From: a virus
Taxonomy: Duplodnaviria; Caudoviricetes
Length of the DNA stretch: 64,000 bases
IMG/VR virus record: IMGVR_UViG_3300028804_000001
Span: 32,001 to 96,000 of that record
Strand: one strand, 5' to 3'
Positions 29,323 to 40,305 of this stretch are shown here, one piece after another; the stretch's first letter is position 1, and each line of letters starts with the position of its first letter. The notes beneath the pieces were generated by a model, which was given only the letters and a program-made list of their open reading frames with translations, searched no databases and was not told the origin of the DNA. A program made the position numbers and the translations under genes.

Positions 29323-30725
29323 CTACGCCTTTTTAGTATTTCCTCCGAAGATAGACTTCGAGAAGATTGATCTAAGTAATCCACCACGTTCTTGTTTAAT
29401 CTCAGATGGAATAGTAGAAGTTCCAGGAGGTGGAACTAAAGGAATCTCTCTTTGAGTCTGAGTCATCATTTCATTTACAATATCTTGCTGACTCTTACCT
29501 GTCTTTTTAGATAATTTCTTAACTACACTACGAAACTGTCGTTCCATTTTCCGGCGTTCTTTGCGTCCCATGAGTAGTAACCTCTTCTACTGATATTGAT
29601 TGTGATGGTGGGATTAAATCTTTTTGATCTAAAAAGATTTGAACTGCTTCTTGTTCAGAGTCTGCATGTATTGCTTCTTCCAATACCTGAATTACTCTCC
29701 ATACTCGGCGGTTCATCATCGCACCGTGCTTATTCTTTCTTTCATACCAGGGACATGGAGAAAAGCCTTTTTTATCTCAAGATCTTTATTAGCAATATCG
29801 AAGATTGAAGGCCGATTTTGAGTGGTTCTACCCTTAATACCTTTAAATACCTTCTGAACTTCCTCTGTGCTTGAGGTAATCCATGGTACCCACTCTTCAC
29901 AGGAATGTTGCCTGTTAGGAAAACCTAATGCCCAACGGCTTCCATATCTTTCAGATCTGGCTGCCTGCTGATCAGGTTCGGATTTAAGGGATATAACCCA
30001 AACATCATAGCCTCCGAGGCTTCTTTTCTTAAGCCAGCTTCGGACGGAAGATAAAAAATATCCTATCAAAATAGATAGAAGAATAGTGCAAAAATAACCG
30101 AATATTGTTACATCGACCAGACGATAGAGGATATCAAATCGCATATATTACCTCAAGGTCTTGATTTATAGTAAGTCAGATTTTACGTTCTAAAGAATGA
30201 AGCTCATAATCAGAATTTTCCCATGGGATATCTGAATTACGATCGTAGATAAAAACCTTGTTTTTAGGTTCCTTACTTGAATTCCTTAGAGAGATTCTAA
30301 CTTTCTCACGAATCTGAAGATTCTGAGGGATATATTCTGCTGCAGATTCTTTATCTGGAAATACTACTACAACTCTTTCAAGCTTTGTATTAATCCTTAA
30401 ACGAAATCCAGAGGAATCCTTTCCCATGTCTATTAGCTTTCCAACTCTTATCATATTACATCTCCGATAGTATGAATTTTAGTATATCCATTCCTCTTAT
30501 TAACAGAGTTATAAGCAACGAAATTCCTAAAAATAAAATAAGCCGTTTCATAGGCTTATGTGGGCATGCGATACGTGTACAATCTTCTGCTAATCTTGGA
30601 TCTCTAATACACATTCCACATGCAGTAAAGTTATGCTTCAGATATTTGCGAAGGCTTCCTTCCTTCTTTTTTAGTGAAACGGTCAATTGCTTTCTCTGTT
30701 TTTCCGTGATAGTAAGATTTTGCAT
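29323..30725 (-). CDS. cluster of five small hypothetical genes (29323-29571, 29528-29719, 29716-30144, 30176-30454, 30456-30725)
   Basis: Tightly packed ORFs; two have a transmembrane segment. Confidence 0.5.
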
Positions 30726-31980
30726 CTTTGATAAATCCTCCTATATCAAATGGTAGAATTCTATCTGCTTCTTCACATTTATTTACCCACCAGAATAAAA
30801 ATGAACAAGAATCTAATCTAGGTCTATAATAACTAAGGCGTCGTATTTTAAATAGATGATAATCAGGAACTCTTCTAGAGTGATATGAAATCTGTTTAAT
30901 AAGTTTCCTTACTGATCGTACAGGTATAAGTCTTTCAAATCTACCAGTTTCCTTACAGAATGAGTTAGTTGCTATTAGATTTACCTTGTCTATATATACT
31001 CTCTCTTTCTCTATAGTCTCTTTAGACTGGTGAAAGTATTTTAACTTGATTGGTTGAATATCATAACTAAGCGCATCTTGTTCTATTCCACTAATATCTT
31101 CCTTCCAGTATTTCTCGAAATATAATACATCTCTAATTTCGCCCAAGAGTTGGTGAACCTCTGAATAGCATTTTTGATATGCTCCATGAATTGTTAAATT
31201 CTTACTTAATCCTAATCTAGTAATATTAACTTCTTCATACTTCTTAGACTTTCTATTATATCTAAATCCTAGATCTCTAATGTATCTCTGTCTTATACTT
31301 CTAGCTTTCTTAGGATTATACTTAATAAGCCCGGTATAATATTCTTGATAAATTGGTGGTCCATCTACACCAGAGAAACGAACGTATCTACTATCATTTT
31401 CATGAATTATTCTATGAACATTTGCATTCTTAGTTAGGGTTCTTGGCACTATTACAGAATTAACAGTTCCAAGTTTTTTTACTATATCTGATATTTCATC
31501 AAGATGGGATTTATTTAACATAAATCTATCATCGGATAAAGAATTAGCAGAAACTATATATGGGATATTTTCTCTCTTGTAGATAGGAGTAGTTGTACCA
31601 TCATAGTCTTTACATAAATGTTCGTAGTTTGGACTTATTCTTTCTCTAATATGATATGATATGCCAAACCGATATGATATAGTAGGATGCTGAGTTAGAT
31701 ATTTGGCTATTTGATTAAAATTATCAAATGGGAGAATATAATCAGAGAGCCTGTTAAAATCACTTATATTCTCTATAGGAAGAACATAACCCGCTCTTAA
31801 CCAATTTGATATTTCAGAATTTAACTGTGAGTAGTATGTAATAATTATTTGAGCAAATTTATCAAATTCCTCGCCGTCTGGGACAAATATGGCACCCTGA
31901 ACCTTTATCTTACTTAATTCTATTTCATATTCTGTCGGAGGGTCTATTTCTGATGTAGGCATCCGGCGTTGTGTGGTCAT
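30631..31980 (-). CDS. hypothetical protein (449 aa)
   Basis: Long AT-rich ORF with a basic C-terminal half. Confidence 0.7.
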   Translation of the reverse strand: MTTQRRMPTSEIDPPTEYEIELSKIKVQGAIFVPDGEEFDKFAQIIITYYSQLNSEISNWLRAGYVLPIENISDFNRLSDYILPFDNFNQIAKYLTQHPTISYRFGISYHIRERISPNYEHLCKDYDGTTTPIYKRENIPYIVSANSLSDDRFMLNKSHLDEISDIVKKLGTVNSVIVPRTLTKNANVHRIIHENDSRYVRFSGVDGPPIYQEYYTGLIKYNPKKARSIRQRYIRDLGFRYNRKSKKYEEVNITRLGLSKNLTIHGAYQKCYSEVHQLLGEIRDVLYFEKYWKEDISGIEQDALSYDIQPIKLKYFHQSKETIEKERVYIDKVNLIATNSFCKETGRFERLIPVRSVRKLIKQISYHSRRVPDYHLFKIRRLSYYRPRLDSCSFLFWWVNKCEEADRILPFDIGGFIKDAKSYYHGKTEKAIDRFTKKEGRKPSQISEA

Positions 31981-32097
31981 GATATTTAGCTCTCCGAACT
32001 CTATTTTTGAGTAATTTCTGACCTATCTTTAAAAAGATGATGAACACTATTAAACCAAGAATGAAATTCATAATTATAACTCCTAAAAAAGGCCAGA

Positions 32098-32583
32098 CTA
32101 TGTCTGGCCACCTGCTACTAGTTTCAGATGTGCTTGCTGCTTCTGCAACTGTTTTCTCTGAATGTTCGCTTTAGCTTTGGCTTTAGCGCCTTCCAGTTCC
32201 TGGAATACGCTACCACCAACAGAGTTATCCAATTCTGCATGCCGGCATTCGAGAGTAGTAAGATACTCTTTTACGTTCAGCATTTGTTCTTGTAGATAAA
32301 GCTTTTCAGCTTCTACAATCTCAGCCCACTGGACAGGCTGCAGTTCTTCAATCTTCAATTTGGTAATTGAATACGGGTCAGTTCCATCTGAAGATGGTTT
32401 ATAGTCAGATGGGAAGTCTCTCTCGAGCTTTTCCTCAATCCGACTGATTTTCTCTTCAGTTGGAGTTAATGACTTAGAACTGCGTGCAGTATTGGACAGT
32501 TTATGGAGAAACGCCATAAACTCATCAGCTCCGAATCTCGGAAGTCTGACTTTATCTAACTTCTCTGCTTTCTCAACTGTCAT
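32098..32583 (-). CDS. hypothetical helical protein
   Basis: GGAGAAGG RBS; coiled-coil character. Confidence 0.65.
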   Translation of the reverse strand: MTVEKAEKLDKVRLPRFGADEFMAFLHKLSNTARSSKSLTPTEEKISRIEEKLERDFPSDYKPSSDGTDPYSITKLKIEELQPVQWAEIVEAEKLYLQEQMLNVKEYLTTLECRHAELDNSVGGSVFQELEGAKAKAKANIQRKQLQKQQAHLKLVAGGQT

Positions 32584-32635
32584 ATCCTTCTCCTTTTTTT
32601 AGTAACGATAATAACACAAAGGGAAGGATAGACTA

Positions 32636-33085
32636 TTAGCTTGCCTGTTTAATTCCTTCCTTAGCCTTCTCGAGCTGTTTAAGAACAGTATCTACTTGAT
32701 CATAGGCTCCGGATCCTACAGCTACTACATTCCGTACCAGCTTAACGAATCCATCAAAGTGCACTCTACTTGCCTGACATTGAGCAATAGCACTGATGAG
32801 ATATCTTTCCCACTTATCAAGTTTCTCTTCGCGGGTATTGAGCTGCTCTTCTCTAAGATTTAATCTAGAGATAGCTCTATCCGCTCTTTCCTGTTCTTCT
32901 TTAATTTTCTTTTCATAGCGATCATGATCTTTCTTTTTCTCATCCCGCTCTTTTTCAAGTTCTGCTTTAAAATGTGCTTCTGCTTGAGCATATCCAATAG
33001 CATAACCTTCGTTATATAGTTTATCGGCAGCTTCCATACGAAGTTGTTTCCAATTTCTATATCTTACCAACAATCCTTGAAACAT
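32636..33085 (-). CDS. coiled-coil hypothetical protein
   Basis: GGAGG RBS; E/K/R heptad runs. Confidence 0.65.
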   Translation of the reverse strand: MFQGLLVRYRNWKQLRMEAADKLYNEGYAIGYAQAEAHFKAELEKERDEKKKDHDRYEKKIKEEQERADRAISRLNLREEQLNTREEKLDKWERYLISAIAQCQASRVHFDGFVKLVRNVVAVGSGAYDQVDTVLKQLEKAKEGIKQAS

Positions 33086-33109
33086 GTATTCCTCCTGGTA
33101 GATGGGCCC

Positions 33110-35872
33110 TTACGGGCCCACCCTTTCCAACATACTGAACATACTTGGTTCCACTTTCTGTTCGATGTTTCCTTTCAGGAACTTACGAACAGTATCTTGT
33201 GAAGATTGATGCCTGATCATAGTGAATACTGGACTAATGTGGTCCAGAAAATCCCTTTGATTAGGAAATTCAGATTTATCTTCAAGATAGGTCCAGAACA
33301 GTTCATACAGATCTTTAAACTCTTCAGGGTTAGCTCCACCTGCTTTAATGCAGGCTGTTAACTCTGCATCTACCATTTCTCTAGATGGCAGATGTGTACC
33401 GTTATCATCTGTACGGGCAGCACGAGCAAAATCACACAATTTACGTGCATGACTTCCCCCGCCGTGCTTATTACTCAGAGAGTTTTCAGCTACGAACCTA
33501 TAGAACTGTAGTCCTCTTGAAACGCATTTCTCATTCTTCTCATTCTGATGGAAGATTAACCAACCAATGAATGATAGAGCGAGACTGCCAACAAGAGCGG
33601 TTTCCTTCTTGATATTACCCATAGCCCATCCAGCTTGAAGGCTGTTCTGATCTATGAGTTTAGTTGTCCAGAGTGTGCCACAGAAGTGATCCCAGTTTGA
33701 TTTATTTTCAAATTCCATATTCTTAAATGTGGAACTGATACCAATCATATCGGGGTGAGTAAGAGTATCAAACTCTTTCTCCCATTTCATTCTGGAAGCA
33801 CCTTCTCCTTCTTCCTGACATACTTGATCAACGATCCATTTGATATTCCAGAGTTCATCATTACTAATAACCTCATTCAAATGCATCTTCTGAAGATCTG
33901 AATATGCAGCAGGATCACTCGGAACAATACACAGCAAAGCATCTCCATCAAAGTCTCCTCTCAAGAGTGAGATGAGAACTGGATGGATGCTTACTGTATC
34001 TGTATACTTAGGAACCACTGATACTGCAAACAATTCACATTCATCATGAACTGGATGTCTGCACAGTAGAACCATTGGTTTCTCTCTGAACCATGGATAC
34101 TTTCTACTGAAAGCTCTAAATGCTCTTTCAGGTATACCGACCTGATGGATTTCAAGATCTGCATCTGCTGATGCAACACCATATACATAACTACCAGTAT
34201 ATGGACTGTTGTGTTTACTAACACAATCAGCAATAACTGATGTTAAGCATACGAGATACTTTTTACGTTCTCGATCTATTTTCCATAAGAGAGATGTATC
34301 CTTATTCTTTTCATACTGGGTTGTAAACAGTACAATGTTATTAAGATGTCTAGCCAGCTGATTTAGAACATACAGTCCCCAGTCATTTGCATAAACATCT
34401 GCAAATACAGGAGGCATGATGATGTCCATCTGGTTGCCTTTTCCATCGTATGTCTTTACATACCCATACTTCTTTCCGGAAGCAATATCTGGATCAAGAA
34501 CGGTTCCAACATATTCATCTTTCATATCTTCTGAGATACCAGTATCAAAGAAGGTCCTATAATCAGATCCACCTGGCATATACTTCCAGATTTCCACTAG
34601 CTGTTCATTTTCAAATGAACCAGTCAGCGATTTGATTACAGTATTATAGATCTTTTGAAGTCTCTCATCTTTGATAGGAAGAGATGTTGCCCACTTAAGT
34701 AGATGTTCAGCTCCTCTAATATACATCAGCAAAAGCAGAGTATAGGTTAGCTTAACACCTTCAAGAGACGGGTTAAATTTCTTATCATCGTGAGACTTCG
34801 TTGTCCACTTTAAAGTTTCGGATGGAATCTTATCACATCTATAAATTCTAATTACACCATGTGGTGCATCGAATTCAAGATTGTTCCATTGAACTTTACA
34901 AGTGTGAGAGATGTTATTGGTTTCCATCCAGGATTCAAGTTTGCTTCGGATGCTAGAAACAGAATTACCACTGCATAGTTCAAGCAGCAGCTTTTCATCT
35001 TTAGTTTCATGCCATACGAGGCTTGCCATTTCTTCCAGGAAACTTGCGGGAGTGCACCGTTTTCCAACTTCAAATGGAATCAGAATATCTGCAGAAACCC
35101 CATTAGCGGTAGGCATTTCTTCATCTGGAAGGATCTTACCAATGGTAAACTTATGGCCTGTTTGGTTCATAAGCTTATCGCCAACCATTAGCGGAGCAAT
35201 AGATTTATAAACGATCGTGTACCGTTTAGTGTGATCTCTATTTGTAGGACTCTCTGTTATTGAGACTACTACAGCTCCCCATGGTAGTTTAACCTTGGTT
35301 CGTTTATGCCTTACTGTTTTAATCTCTACACCATCTCTGCCAGCCTTTGTAATTTCAAAGGAGCAGATAAGCTGTCTAGGTCTAACAAAGTGAATTGCAG
35401 ATTCCTTAAACTTGGAGATTGCAGATATTACCTCAGGGAAATAGTGAACTAAATCATATTTCTGCAGCAGCTTATCATGAAACTGCCCCTGACTGTAATA
35501 CATCATACGAAGGTCTTCTTCAGGAGAAGTAGACTCTTCAATTTTCCAGGTTACTTTAGATTCCAGCGGAACTTCAATATCTTGAACTGTAACTTTATAA
35601 GCTTCCAGTTTCTTTGCGGCAGACTGACTTATAATACATGAATCATTTAAGGTTCCTATATCATAGAATCGAACTGCATGTAGATTCACACTATCCAGTT
35701 GAGGATTAACATCAGCTTGATAGTGAATTGGAGTATCCGGATTAAGGAGTGGAAGTGCACTGTGAGTAGATCGTAGAATCACTCTCCGTTTACCATCTAT
35801 GAATTCCGGAAAATATTTTTCCGATTTCGAGATGGAGAATGGATAACTGTTAGCTTCTGCGGTTAATTTCAT
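33110..35872 (-). CDS. DNA-directed RNA polymerase, fusion of beta C-terminal region and beta' catalytic region
   Basis: beta motifs DSCIISQ and VGDKLMNQTGHKFTIGKILPDEEMP...DILIP; beta' motifs VGIP, LLCRHPVH, IHP and GDFDGD. Confidence 0.9.
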   Translation of the reverse strand: MKLTAEANSYPFSISKSEKYFPEFIDGKRRVILRSTHSALPLLNPDTPIHYQADVNPQLDSVNLHAVRFYDIGTLNDSCIISQSAAKKLEAYKVTVQDIEVPLESKVTWKIEESTSPEEDLRMMYYSQGQFHDKLLQKYDLVHYFPEVISAISKFKESAIHFVRPRQLICSFEITKAGRDGVEIKTVRHKRTKVKLPWGAVVVSITESPTNRDHTKRYTIVYKSIAPLMVGDKLMNQTGHKFTIGKILPDEEMPTANGVSADILIPFEVGKRCTPASFLEEMASLVWHETKDEKLLLELCSGNSVSSIRSKLESWMETNNISHTCKVQWNNLEFDAPHGVIRIYRCDKIPSETLKWTTKSHDDKKFNPSLEGVKLTYTLLLLMYIRGAEHLLKWATSLPIKDERLQKIYNTVIKSLTGSFENEQLVEIWKYMPGGSDYRTFFDTGISEDMKDEYVGTVLDPDIASGKKYGYVKTYDGKGNQMDIIMPPVFADVYANDWGLYVLNQLARHLNNIVLFTTQYEKNKDTSLLWKIDRERKKYLVCLTSVIADCVSKHNSPYTGSYVYGVASADADLEIHQVGIPERAFRAFSRKYPWFREKPMVLLCRHPVHDECELFAVSVVPKYTDTVSIHPVLISLLRGDFDGDALLCIVPSDPAAYSDLQKMHLNEVISNDELWNIKWIVDQVCQEEGEGASRMKWEKEFDTLTHPDMIGISSTFKNMEFENKSNWDHFCGTLWTTKLIDQNSLQAGWAMGNIKKETALVGSLALSFIGWLIFHQNEKNEKCVSRGLQFYRFVAENSLSNKHGGGSHARKLCDFARAARTDDNGTHLPSREMVDAELTACIKAGGANPEEFKDLYELFWTYLEDKSEFPNQRDFLDHISPVFTMIRHQSSQDTVRKFLKGNIEQKVEPSMFSMLERVGP

Positions 35873-36620
35873 TCTCTAAAACTCCTTTCTTAAGTGCGAA
35901 TATATTAAATGTTGCTCCCTGACTTACATCGCTGAAATCGAGGATATCGCATTTAATAATGTTAGCATCTTCCAGAGATGTAAATATCTCAGGAATGATG
36001 ACTCGAGAAGCCATATCATTGATTTTGAATTCATCGAATTCAATGGAATGGGAAATCCAGCGGAATGCCAGAGTTCCAATACTTATTGCTCTTTTAATCA
36101 TCCAGTTGCTATATATGTTCTGCTTAACAGCAGCTCTGGCGGTATTCTCAATAGAAACAATTAATGCTTCTTCAAGAATATCAGATGCTCGTACATAGCT
36201 CCATTCATTCATGTCATAGATATTTTCACTTAAAGTGCCAATACTACTCCATGCTGCTTTCATTACTGGATTAACTAGAAGTTCAGGATCGGCAAGTCCC
36301 TCCATGTTGTTAATATATCCCAACGCCCCTAATTTCTCATGGGGTTGGACTTCACAACATAAACCATTGAGATAGCTTACATAAAACTTACTATCTGGAA
36401 TACCATACATTATATTTCCATAGATATGACCTTGATAGGTTACATATCTACGATCTATAAATCTTGGTATGAATACGCTGATTTCTTTGTTAAACTGTTG
36501 AGCTGGCAAACTCATATTTACTATGAGCTTATCTGTTCCACAATTAACTTGTTCAATATCAACGTTTACTTCAAGTCCAGAATAGTTCTTTCCACCACTG
36601 AAATATTCTAGAAGCTTCAT
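35850..36620 (-). CDS. possible separated N-terminal fragment of RNAP beta
   Basis: VFIPRFIDRRYVTYQGHIY loosely resembles beta IP.MT..GTF.INGTER; overlaps the fused RNAP gene. Confidence 0.4.
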   Translation of the reverse strand: MKLLEYFSGGKNYSGLEVNVDIEQVNCGTDKLIVNMSLPAQQFNKEISVFIPRFIDRRYVTYQGHIYGNIMYGIPDSKFYVSYLNGLCCEVQPHEKLGALGYINNMEGLADPELLVNPVMKAAWSSIGTLSENIYDMNEWSYVRASDILEEALIVSIENTARAAVKQNIYSNWMIKRAISIGTLAFRWISHSIEFDEFKINDMASRVIIPEIFTSLEDANIIKCDILDFSDVSQGATFNIFALKKGVLENEINRRS

Positions 36621-37261
36621 TATTCACCATCCATAAATCCAGTTCTAAAAGTCTTGGGACTTTTCTGGATTTCTTCTTCTTGATCTTCGAACTTACCAAC
36701 CCACTCCTGAAATTCTGCTGTTCCAACGATTCCATTCATAATTGTTTCAAAGAGAACCGTGGACATTTTAGCACTGAAGTTATCAGCGTTTGTTACATCA
36801 GCTTTCTCTCTTGCAATTGGCATTGCTCGATATAAAGGCTGGACGATAACACTATAATAGCCACCAGGAATGTGTGGGATTTCATCAAGATACCCGTGTT
36901 CTTTTGATACTTCATAAATATCACCGTTTACAGGATTCATCTTGAGTGGGATACGATGCGTCATTGATACTTCAGCATTGTACAGGATACCCTTCTGTTC
37001 GAAGGTTCCGCTGCCAAGGACTGAAGTTGCAAGGAGATGAAGATGTCCTCTTTTTCTGTCTACAGTAGCGGACAGTCTTAACCCAACAAACTTTTCCATT
37101 GCAGGGTTAAAGGATCCATTACAGTTTTCAGATAGGAACTTCTCAATCTTAATAACTGCCTTACCATCGGGCGTAGTATCGGTTACAGTTCCATACGCAT
37201 ATGGAACTCCGAAGTTTACACCGGCTAGATATCGGTAGTTTCTAGTTTCTTTGGTTTGCAT
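36620..37261 (-). CDS. hypothetical protein, first gene of the RNAP operon
   Basis: TTTTTCAG-GTCAC-GGAGG-TTTAA-ATG start context. Confidence 0.7.
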   Translation of the reverse strand: MQTKETRNYRYLAGVNFGVPYAYGTVTDTTPDGKAVIKIEKFLSENCNGSFNPAMEKFVGLRLSATVDRKRGHLHLLATSVLGSGTFEQKGILYNAEVSMTHRIPLKMNPVNGDIYEVSKEHGYLDEIPHIPGGYYSVIVQPLYRAMPIAREKADVTNADNFSAKMSTVLFETIMNGIVGTAEFQEWVGKFEDQEEEIQKSPKTFRTGFMDGE

Positions 37262-37384
37262 TTAAACCTCCGTGACCTGAAAAAGTAGTGGACGTGCGGT
37301 GTTTTTGAGTAATTGTTCGAGTGGCCCTTCAATAGGGTCCTCGAACTGAGGTACGATCTATCATTCAGGATTAGTTTTTTAGTA

Positions 37385-38881
37385 ATGCCAATAAGAACGA
37401 CAGCACCAGAATCAACCAGCCGCAACACTATTGGGGAGATTTACCCTGATCAAGAGAACGTTCTCTATGGATCAAGAGTATCAGATATATTAAGCTTCCT
37501 TCCAGATAACTTGAAGGATCGATATAATGATATTATTAAGAATCAGAATGTTAATGCTTTAAATTCAAGCGGCAAAGATGTAATTGTAAATATCAATAAC
37601 TTTGAAACTCGTGATGCTAATAACAATAACAAGCAGAGCGACTTTATACCAGATGCTTATTGGAAGAATCAGGATCTCGGCCGTAAGTATGAAGCTGTCC
37701 AAAGTCAGATTTTAGATAATCAGATTAAGCAGCAGCTAGCAGCTCAGAGCAGTAATCTCAGTCCCACTGAAATTGCAGATCAGCAAGCCAGGCTTAATAG
37801 ATCCCTTAGATTAGATAAGGTTTCCGAGTCATTAGTTGGCTTACCAACTCTGGATCCAGAAGCTGCCGATCAGTTTGTTATAGCAGCTGGTAATAACTCG
37901 ATGTATATGATCCAGCTCCAGAAGGCTATTGATGATTTAATGAGTGCGTACGGGAATAGAGTAAGCTTTGGAACTGTATTCAGAAATCCAACATCTAATA
38001 AGGTATCTACTATTCCTGATTTTAGAACTGGGACTGTCAGAGACCGGCTGGCTTCTTCTGCATTAATATTATATCAGCTGGTTCAGATTGGAGCCCTTAA
38101 GCCGGAAGATGAACTTAATATCCGGCCTATTAACATTAAGACTGGTGAGTTTGAAGTATCTCAATCAGAGATTGCTTATAACAAAGAAGCTCGTAAGCTC
38201 AAGCTGCCATTGAAGGGCCAGTTTAAAGTTAACTCTAGAATTACTACTGTTGGACAGAAGTATCATACATTTACTGGTGTAGATATCAAAGTAGCATATG
38301 CTATTGGATATTCAGTAGGTAATCTTGAAGGGTTAAGTATGATATCGTGGTCCATCCACCGCGGTAAGCCTGATGCTCCTCGAGGTGATGAAGTAGCTCC
38401 TACATATAGAGCTCGCGGTCGTCGAACGATCGCTGGTAGTATGATATTCACCATGTTTGATGAACATCCTATTACAGCTATCTATCCTCCAAACTTCTTC
38501 CCTCAGGATCCGGATTTTCAGATAGATTCTGCCGTAAGATCGGACTTTCTTAAGCCTGACCAATTACCTGCATTTGATTTGTTTGTTATTCTTACAAATG
38601 AATATGGCTATAAGTCCATTCTCTCTATCTTTGGAGTAGAGATTATGGATGATGGTGGTTCATTAGGTATTAATGATCTTGTTAACGAGGAAGTTATTCA
38701 ATATACTGCAAAAGATATTGATTTACTTCATCCTGTTAAAGTTGATGAAAATGGATTAATAGATCCATTCGAGTTAGCTTCATTGCAATCTGGCAAGATC
38801 TTCGAACGTAGATCAGTAATTGCTGGGTATGATACTCAGCCGGCTTTCTACGATCAATATGATGAATATAACAATGTCTAG
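37385..38881 (+). CDS. virion structural protein, tail-tube-like C-terminal domain
   Basis: FTGVDI, ISWSIHR, GRRTIAGSMIFTMFD, DQLPAFD, NEYG, YTAKDI as in large myovirus structural proteins; start reassigned to MPIRTT. Confidence 0.7.
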   Translation: MPIRTTAPESTSRNTIGEIYPDQENVLYGSRVSDILSFLPDNLKDRYNDIIKNQNVNALNSSGKDVIVNINNFETRDANNNNKQSDFIPDAYWKNQDLGRKYEAVQSQILDNQIKQQLAAQSSNLSPTEIADQQARLNRSLRLDKVSESLVGLPTLDPEAADQFVIAAGNNSMYMIQLQKAIDDLMSAYGNRVSFGTVFRNPTSNKVSTIPDFRTGTVRDRLASSALILYQLVQIGALKPEDELNIRPINIKTGEFEVSQSEIAYNKEARKLKLPLKGQFKVNSRITTVGQKYHTFTGVDIKVAYAIGYSVGNLEGLSMISWSIHRGKPDAPRGDEVAPTYRARGRRTIAGSMIFTMFDEHPITAIYPPNFFPQDPDFQIDSAVRSDFLKPDQLPAFDLFVILTNEYGYKSILSIFGVEIMDDGGSLGINDLVNEEVIQYTAKDIDLLHPVKVDENGLIDPFELASLQSGKIFERRSVIAGYDTQPAFYDQYDEYNNV

Positions 38882-39216
38882 TATCTATTAGCTTCTATCA
38901 TTTCTTCAAAGCTATTAAATACTGGAGCATTCATATTAAGCTTATGACGATCGTATAGACCAAGTCTCTCGGCTATACGCATTATCTGTCCAGGCTTATC
39001 TACTTTCTCTAAAAGTATAAGTGCACCGGCACAATGTTGTGTATTCTTTAGATAAACACCTTCTCCATCATCATCGTGCTCTATTGTCTTATGGCATGCA
39101 AATGTTGCCCTATCCAATGATTGTAATATCTCTTCCACACGTTCTTCGTTAAGATAAGCTCTTATATCATTTCTAAACGGACAGTGAGTGCACGGTTCTT
39201 TCATCGTAAATAGCAT
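38878..39216 (-). CDS. Cys/His-rich hypothetical protein
   Basis: PCTHCPFR, FACHKT, HCAGA; start after hairpin-TTTTTCTG-AGGA. Confidence 0.65.
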   Translation of the reverse strand: MLFTMKEPCTHCPFRNDIRAYLNEERVEEILQSLDRATFACHKTIEHDDDGEGVYLKNTQHCAGALILLEKVDKPGQIMRIAERLGLYDRHKLNMNAPVFNSFEEMIEANRY

Positions 39217-39228
39217 GATATAATCCTC

Positions 39229-39264
39229 AGAAAAATATCCAGGGGAATTTCTTCCCCCGGACAT
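39229..39264 (-). terminator. intrinsic terminator
   Basis: TGTCCGGGGGAA-GAAA-TTCCCCTGGATA followed by TTTTT. Confidence 0.75.
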
Positions 39265-39271
39265 ATGGGAG

Positions 39272-39934
39272 TCACTTACCAGAAGCTGCTGCCTTCTCGG
39301 CTGCTTTCTGATTCTTCTCCACTTTAACGTGGTCAGCAGTGTTGCTGATAATCGTAGGATTACCAATCAGCTGCCGATAGGTTGCCTTGTTTCCGCGGGT
39401 AGTGTAATCTACTCGCAGATAGTCAACCTCTACGCGACTTCCAAGCGGAATGTTCTTGAGCATTTGGTCTCCTTCCGCTTTGAGACGATCCTTGATGGAT
39501 ACTCCCTTGGCACGAGCCAGAGGAACTTGCAAACGATTTGCAAGAGATCCACCAAATTGCCCTTCAGATGCAATCCACAATCCCAGCCCAACCTGATTCA
39601 GGTTCATCCGGCCTTGTTGATCCATCCCTTCATGACGATCGTAACCAATTACGATGCCACGAAGTTTCCCTTGATGAATTACTCCATCAATGGAATTCTT
39701 TGGACCGCGGAAATCGGGAACTTCTGCATATTCATGATAAATCCCTTCGGATTCATCATTGCCAGAAACTCCCATTTTGGTAACGTCTTCGGAGACGAGC
39801 TTTTCGTCTTTTCCGAAGAAATCGAGTTTGGCGAAGCATTCGTTGAACTTTGCTTCTACTCCCGATTTTCTCGGAGATCCCTGAGGACTCGGAGCGTCTA
39901 AGATTGTTGTAGTTGTGGTCATATTCATTCTCAT
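39272..39934 (-). CDS. hypothetical protein, possibly OB-fold
   Basis: 220-aa ORF with its own structured leader and downstream terminator. Confidence 0.65.
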   Translation of the reverse strand: MRMNMTTTTTILDAPSPQGSPRKSGVEAKFNECFAKLDFFGKDEKLVSEDVTKMGVSGNDESEGIYHEYAEVPDFRGPKNSIDGVIHQGKLRGIVIGYDRHEGMDQQGRMNLNQVGLGLWIASEGQFGGSLANRLQVPLARAKGVSIKDRLKAEGDQMLKNIPLGSRVEVDYLRVDYTTRGNKATYRQLIGNPTIISNTADHVKVEKNQKAAEKAAASGK

Positions 39935-39978
39935 TCTTATTTAGTGTGGGAATTGGAAAGATCCCTTTTCCCCAATCC

Positions 39979-40016
39979 CTGAAAAAAAGCGTTCTAGAGT
40001 ATTCTCTAAAACGCTT
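39979..40016 (-). terminator. intrinsic terminator ending in TTTTTCAG
   Basis: AAGCGTTTTAGAG-AATA-CTCTAGAACGCTT-TTTTT-CAG. Confidence 0.75.
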
Positions 40017-40028
40017 ATATATTTTTCG

Positions 40029-40265
40029 CTAATCTTTTTGATAATGTCGAATATCTGCAGGATCATCTTCTCCAAATGATCCAGTTTCATGATAAGAAGT
40101 TCGGCCAAAGCTTACATTCTTACGCATAACTGTATTACGTGCTAATTGATTCTTACGAATCAGATCAGCGTGATATACTGCAGCAAGGGTATCCTCATTA
40201 TCAGGAAGATTTGATAGCGAGTCAAACAAGCTATCTAGCGCATCTTCATTCGTGTCCTGGATCAT
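40029..40265 (-). CDS. hypothetical protein
   Basis: AGGAG RBS. Confidence 0.55.
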   Translation of the reverse strand: MIQDTNEDALDSLFDSLSNLPDNEDTLAAVYHADLIRKNQLARNTVMRKNVSFGRTSYHETGSFGEDDPADIRHYQKD

Positions 40266-40305
40266 AGTAGTTTTCTCCTAGTTAGTCTTATAATCCCAAC
40301 AACCC

